Below, in pieces: positions 58,783-64,000 of a stretch of DNA of 64,000 nt; position 1 is the stretch's first letter, and every line of letters starts with the position of its first letter. Source of the DNA: Scyliorhinus canicula (Eukaryota). Both the position numbers and the translations under genes were made by a program. The notes beneath the pieces are model-generated. The model was not told where the DNA came from, made no database searches, and worked only from the letters and a program-made list of their open reading frames with translations. Where the stretch lies: positions 72,967,790 to 73,031,789 of the forward strand of contig NC_052150.1 in NCBI RefSeq assembly GCF_902713615.1, read 5' to 3'.

Positions 58783-61700
58783 CATTAAAATCCAACCAGC
58801 TGAGTGGTATGGCGAATGTTGGTTTAATCAAGGTAACAAAAAGTCTGCCTACGACAGCAAAATATTTACACAGTGCAGTCACATTGGGACAGCCAACATG
58901 CCGGTCCCTGTCCGGGCCGGCTTTTATACTGGGTTCTTATGAGCTCCAGCTGGGCAGGCCTCCGCCCACTAGCAGGGAAGTGCTCATATTCCATGGGTCC
59001 CATGGGGAGATCGATTAGGTGATCCCGTGGGGGTTATTGCACTCTTATCCCCATAACTCAGAAAATTCTCCCTCTGCCTCAAACTGAGTAGACTTTTACG
59101 CTGCTTTGCACGTGGCTGTCATTCCATCAGCGGCGGGTCTCGGTCAGGTGATGTATAGCGGTTTGTAGATCACCTTTTCCTAGATTATCTCCAGAGGGCT
59201 ATTGCCGGTGTTCGGCACCGGGTAGAGCATTGTTTGTAGGTGCGGATGCTTCAATGTCCATCTCCCAGCCGGAGTCATCACCATCTTGATGTTTCAGATT
59301 TTCGGCCACAGCGGGTTGCATGTCTTGGCTAAGGAATGGTTCCTGAGGAGATGGAGGTACTGACCGGGTGTCCTCTGAGGCGGGCTCTCATCTCTTGAAG
59401 TGGTCGACCTGTTTGCACAATGTCTTGCCTTTTGTCTTGACCTTGTAAGATACTGGCCTCGATTTCTCCAACAGAATCCGTGGCAGCCAGCCAAAGAGCA
59501 CCATCTCCGAATGTCCACACATAAACAGCGGTCCCGGTTTAAAATTCCTCCCTGGTGTCCTGTGATTATGATGCCTTTGTTACATGTCTTGCTGCAGCTT
59601 GATCTTTCTGCCCAAAGAGTAAGGTTTGATCGGGTTCTGAAATGCAGCTTTGCCAGTGCTACCTCGGTCGTGACATGCGGCATGGTCCTATAGCGAAAAA
59701 GGAATCTCACCAGTCGCATGTCCAGCGAGCCCATAATTTGCTTCTGTGTGCCACACCTGATTGTTGGGACCACCTGTTCGGCCAAGCCATTAGAAGAGGG
59801 GGGTACAGGGCGGTCTGGATGTGCCTTATCCGATTCACAAGTGTGAATGTAGCAAACTCCTCAATCGTGAATGGGGCTCTGTTGTCACTGACCAGCACCT
59901 CAGGATTCCCATGGGTGCTAAACAAGCACCTTACTTTGTTAATGTGGAGGAGGTCATTCTATGTACACCTAATCCACAAGGATTAGAAACATGGATCCAT
60001 GAAAGGTCCAGTGAAGTCCGCATGTAGCCTTACCCAGGGGGAAGAGGGGCCAACAGTGGGAGTTCCTGGTGCTCTTCACACGCCAGGCATTTTCTCATGA
60101 CCCGCTGGATGTCGCCATCGTTCCCTGGACACCAGACATAACTTCATGTCAACATCGTCAATTTTGAAGTCCCTGGGTGACCACTGTGCGAGGATGCCGT
60201 CTTCGAAGCTCAGTTCCTGCTGTTTCAGGACATTGGGCTGCAGGGCTGCTGGGGGAGCCTCAAATGAAATGAAATGAAAAATGAAATGAAAATCGCTTAT
60301 TGTCACGAGTAGGCTTCAATGAAGTTACTGTGAAAAGCCCCTAGTCGCCACATTCCGGCGCCTGTCCGGGGAGGCTGGTACGGGAAATCCACCATGCAGT
60401 AAAATTTGCGAAGCTTCACCAATGTGGGATCACTCTTCGTCTATGTGCGGCTGTTACCAGCAGTGTCTCCATGAAGTTTAAAGTCGCCACAATATCTTGC
60501 GCCACTGGTGGAGATGGGGGGGGGGGGGGCTCACAGGCAGTGGGGAAACGGCTGAGGGTGTCAGCATGGACTTTTTGGACCCTGTGGAGATGCTGAAAAG
60601 TGTATTTATTCACTGCCACAAATAGAGCCCAGGGCTGAGGATATGAGGGGAATCCCCTCTTTAAAGAGATCCAGCAGTGGTTTTTGGTCGGTAAGTGTCG
60701 CCCATAGACATATTGATGGAATTAGTTTACGGCGTAATATCACAGCCAAACCTTCTTTTCAATCTGGGCCTAGCGGTGTTCCACATCTGCCAGTGGTCTG
60801 GAAACAAACGCGATGGGGTGTTCTGTGCTATTGTCCCATCTATGGCATAGCACCACCCTGGTGCAGTATGGAGACCGATCGCAGGTGAGAACGAGTGGCC
60901 GGGACGGTTCATCGTGGGCCAGTAGCTGGGAGGATGACAGCCGTCTCTTCACTCCTGCAAATGCCTTCTCCTGTGGAGCTCCTCAAGCACACTTCTAGTT
61001 CTTTTTCAATAAGACATGAAGCGGTGCCAACAGGGTAGCCAAGTTTGAAATAATTTACGAGTCCCAGAAATGATCACAGTTACATTTCATTTTGTGGAAT
61101 CAGGGACCCTTTTATGGCCTGAACTTCCTCCTCCACAGGGTGCAAGATATGCTTATCCACTCTATAACCCAAGTATGTCACTGCCTTTGCTTAGAAGGCG
61201 CATTTGCCTCTCTTCAAGTAAATGCATGCTTGGGGAAAGCGTCTGAAAACCTCCTCTAGATTGTCCATGTGTTCTATTCAGTGGCCACCATGATGAGCAC
61301 ATCACCTAAATATACCGTCCCTTTGAGTATCCCCAGGAGGGTGCTTTCCATCACCCTTTGAAAATTGTGCAGGCGGAAGTGTCCCCTAAGGGAAGGGGAG
61401 TATATTCGAACAGCCCCCCCCGGGTATTTATAGTCACATACTTCCATGATGGGGTGTCCAATTCTAACCAACGATATGTGTGGCTCGTATCCAGTTTGGT
61501 GAACAAGCATCCCCCAGACAGTTTTGCATATAAATCCTCCACGTGAGACATAGTGCAACAGTCCAGGTGGGATGCCCTGTTTACAGTCAATTTGCAATCC
61601 ACGCAGAGGCGAACAGACTTGTCCAGCTTCATCACTGGGACCACAGGTATGGCCCATTCTGCAAATTGGATAGGGCATATGATGCCCAAACATGCCAGGC

Positions 61701-63368
61701 ACTGCAACCCAACATCCACCTTTGTGAGCAAGACATACGGAACTGGTTGCACCCTGAAAACTTGGGGTGGACATCTAGGTCCACTTGATGAATGCCATGG
61801 CTCCTTTTATCTTGCCCAGACTCTCCTGCAATACATCCGGAAAGTTTACAAGGACCTCATACAGGTTCCCAGTGCCCATCTAGAAAATCTGCTGCCAATC
61901 ACACCCAACAGGTTAGGTCTTAGCCCTTGCACCACGACCAAATATAGTCAGAATGTTTGTTGCCTATGGGTTACCAGGGTCATGGCGGTTCCTATATCAT
62001 GTAGTGGTTCCCTTGTGTACAGCACCTATCTGGCCTTGGTGTCGTGCAGGTTCAATTGCAGGATTCCCGTGCAAAGCCAGCAGATGTTGTGCTGACCGAT
62101 GATGGAGACGGCTGCCCCTGTGTCTATCTCCATCACCAGGGAGTGTCCATTCATCTGTAATTTAACTTGAATCGGTGCCACTTTCGGGGCGGTGATACAG
62201 TTCAATTGCACCATGTTTTCCCCTTCTAGGTGTGGCCATGTGCAAGGCCTTGCTCGAGGTGACCCCATCATCTGTCCAGGGTGGCATGTTCTCTGCTGAT
62301 TCTGTTGGCCTTATTGCCACGTGTTCTATTCCAACAGACCTAGCAATGTTCCCAGAATTTCCCCGTCGTCAGGTGCAGGGTCCCGCTGGTCCATGGCGGT
62401 CCCTGTATATTTGAGCCCGGACGCAGTGTTGTACCCTTGGTTGTTGGGTGCTGGCCATTCGAGCACTGCCCTGGGATGCCGCTGGAGCCGGTTATGGAGA
62501 TCGAGCAATACTATGGCCACTGTAGTCCATGGCACCGCGTTTCTGCAGGACAGAGCTAGCTCAATGGTTATTCTAAAATCCAACATAAGCTCCGCCAACA
62601 GCTTCCTCTGTGTGGCCATGTTAATAATTCCACACACCAGCTGATCCCTCAGCATCTCATAAAAGGATGGCCCAAACTCACAATGCTCAGCCAACCGTCG
62701 GAGTCAAGCCAAGAAATCCGTAACTGACTCCCCCGGAGTCCAACAGCCATGTTGAAATGGTACCCTTGCATGATTACTGATGGTTTGGGGTCATTACGGT
62801 TGGAAACCAACTCTACCAATTCATCAAATGGTTTTGAATCCGGAGCAGCTGGGTGTGCAAGGCATTTTATAATGCCAAAGGTTCAAGCTCCGCCGGCAAT
62901 CAGGAGGATTACCTTCTGTCAGTCCTCTCCATTGACCTGGAATAAGTACCTCATCCGCTGTACGTACTGAGCCCAATCTTCCAGGCCTGAGTTGAAGGCC
63001 TCCAGTTTCCCGAAAGCAGCATATTTAAAAGTCAGTTCCATATGTTGTTGTACGCAATCTTCCAGAGCGCCTGGGACATCTAGTATCGGAGTTTAAATTT
63101 CTTTCACCTCATCACCAGTATTAAGGCCCAGGAGGCCGAGCGGGAAGATGAACATTGGTTTTAATCAAGGTCACAAATGTCTGCCTACAGCAGCAAACTA
63201 TTAACACAATACAGTCCCGGTGGGAAACCAGCATGCAGATCCCGATCCAGGCCAGCCTGGATTCTTATGAGCCCCAGCTGGGAGGGCTTCTGCCCACTAG
63301 CGGCAAAGCTCATATCCTACAGGTCCCACAGGGAGATCAATCAGGGTGTCCCCATGGGGATTACTACT
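58783..63368 (-). mobile_element. Decayed full-length Gypsy LTR retrotransposon
   Basis: LTRs at about 63119-63368 and 58783-59041; PBS TGGTGATGAGG; gag AEHCEFG..RDQLVCGI, protease EIDTGAAVSII, RT WAIPVVPVMK..VRLCVDCK, integrase FSTHGNPEVLVSDN. Confidence 0.88.
60262..60386 (-). mobile_element. SINE 3' fragment with (TTTCA)n tail, inside Gypsy
   Basis: Matches 63746-63870. Confidence 0.8.
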
Positions 63369-63745
63369 TAATCATTTTTTAAAATAATTTCAACAAATGC
63401 TGAAGCACTGAGGCAGGCGGTCCATCGCCACTCCCCCACCCCGCCCCACCCCCCAACCCTGAAGCCCCCAGAACCGTTAAAATCCCTGGCCTGTGCAGCA
63501 TTTGCTGACTTATGCAAGATACCAGTGATATGGTTGGCTTCAAAATCCTTGTACGAGAGTAGAAAAATTGGTTACGGTTTCCATTCCTGACGACTACGTT
63601 ATTTGCCTCTTGTGTTTACTGCAACATTATTCTGCTGTAGCAGTTTCCGTCCATCTGTCAGCATAGGACTTAAGACACAAAACTCTAAGCTGATGTTCTA
63701 GTGCTGTGATGTTGGTGGTGCAATGTTTCAGAAAAAATGTTAAAT

Positions 63746-63937
63746 TGAAAATGAATGAAAAGAAATGAAAATCGCTTCTTGTCACAAGTAGGCTTCAAAT
63801 GAAGTTACTGTGAAAAGCCCCTAGTCATCACATTCTGCGCCTGTTCAGGGAGGCTGTTATGGGAATCTAACCGTGCTGCTGGGCTGCCTTGGTCTGCTTT
63901 AAAAGCCAGCTATTTAGCCCTGTTATAAACCAGCCCC
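63746..63937 (-). mobile_element. tRNA-derived SINE with a different head and a (TTTCA)n tail
   Basis: Head ggggctggttt..gggctaaatagc; 3' half shared with 8685-8775. Confidence 0.78.
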
Positions 63938-64000
63938 TGGCTGGTTTGAGGGCCTATCTCTGCCTCCTCAGGTGGAATCAAAATCGGGATGGCCTGCGAT

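Overview
Eukaryotic (vertebrate) genomic DNA, inferred from its repeat content to be a cartilaginous fish (shark-type HE1-like SINEs with a CR1 partner, a Deu-domain SINE, L1, Gypsy and Harbinger relics). The whole window lies inside one minus-strand gene, axonemal outer-arm dynein heavy chain DNAH5. I traced 17 consecutive GT-AG exons (56920 down to 1133) that splice into one open frame of 3156 nt (1052 codons), covering the late tail and linker region before AAA1. The gene start and end lie outside the window. Almost all other ORFs in the track are transposon pieces or chance frames. The introns hold two decayed full-length Gypsy elements, a solo LTR, a 12-kb nested L1/CR1/SINE/MITE stack containing a near-intact L1 ORF2, CR1 and L2 fragments, two Harbinger transposase relics, CpG-rich MITEs, Penelope-type hairpins and about 18 SINEs. 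Most interesting observations: (1) a single-ORF LINE with a tRNA-like Pol III head, together with its own internal-deletion SINE; (2) one SINE head carrying three different tails with different insertion signatures; (3) two L1 insertions at the same target site; (4) near-identical inverted SINEs bracketing five DNAH5 exons; (5) a decayed minimal hammerhead ribozyme inside a 27-bp hairpin. There is no CRISPR array or prokaryotic system here. All alignments were done by eye, family names come from recalled consensus features, and novelty could not be checked without database searches.
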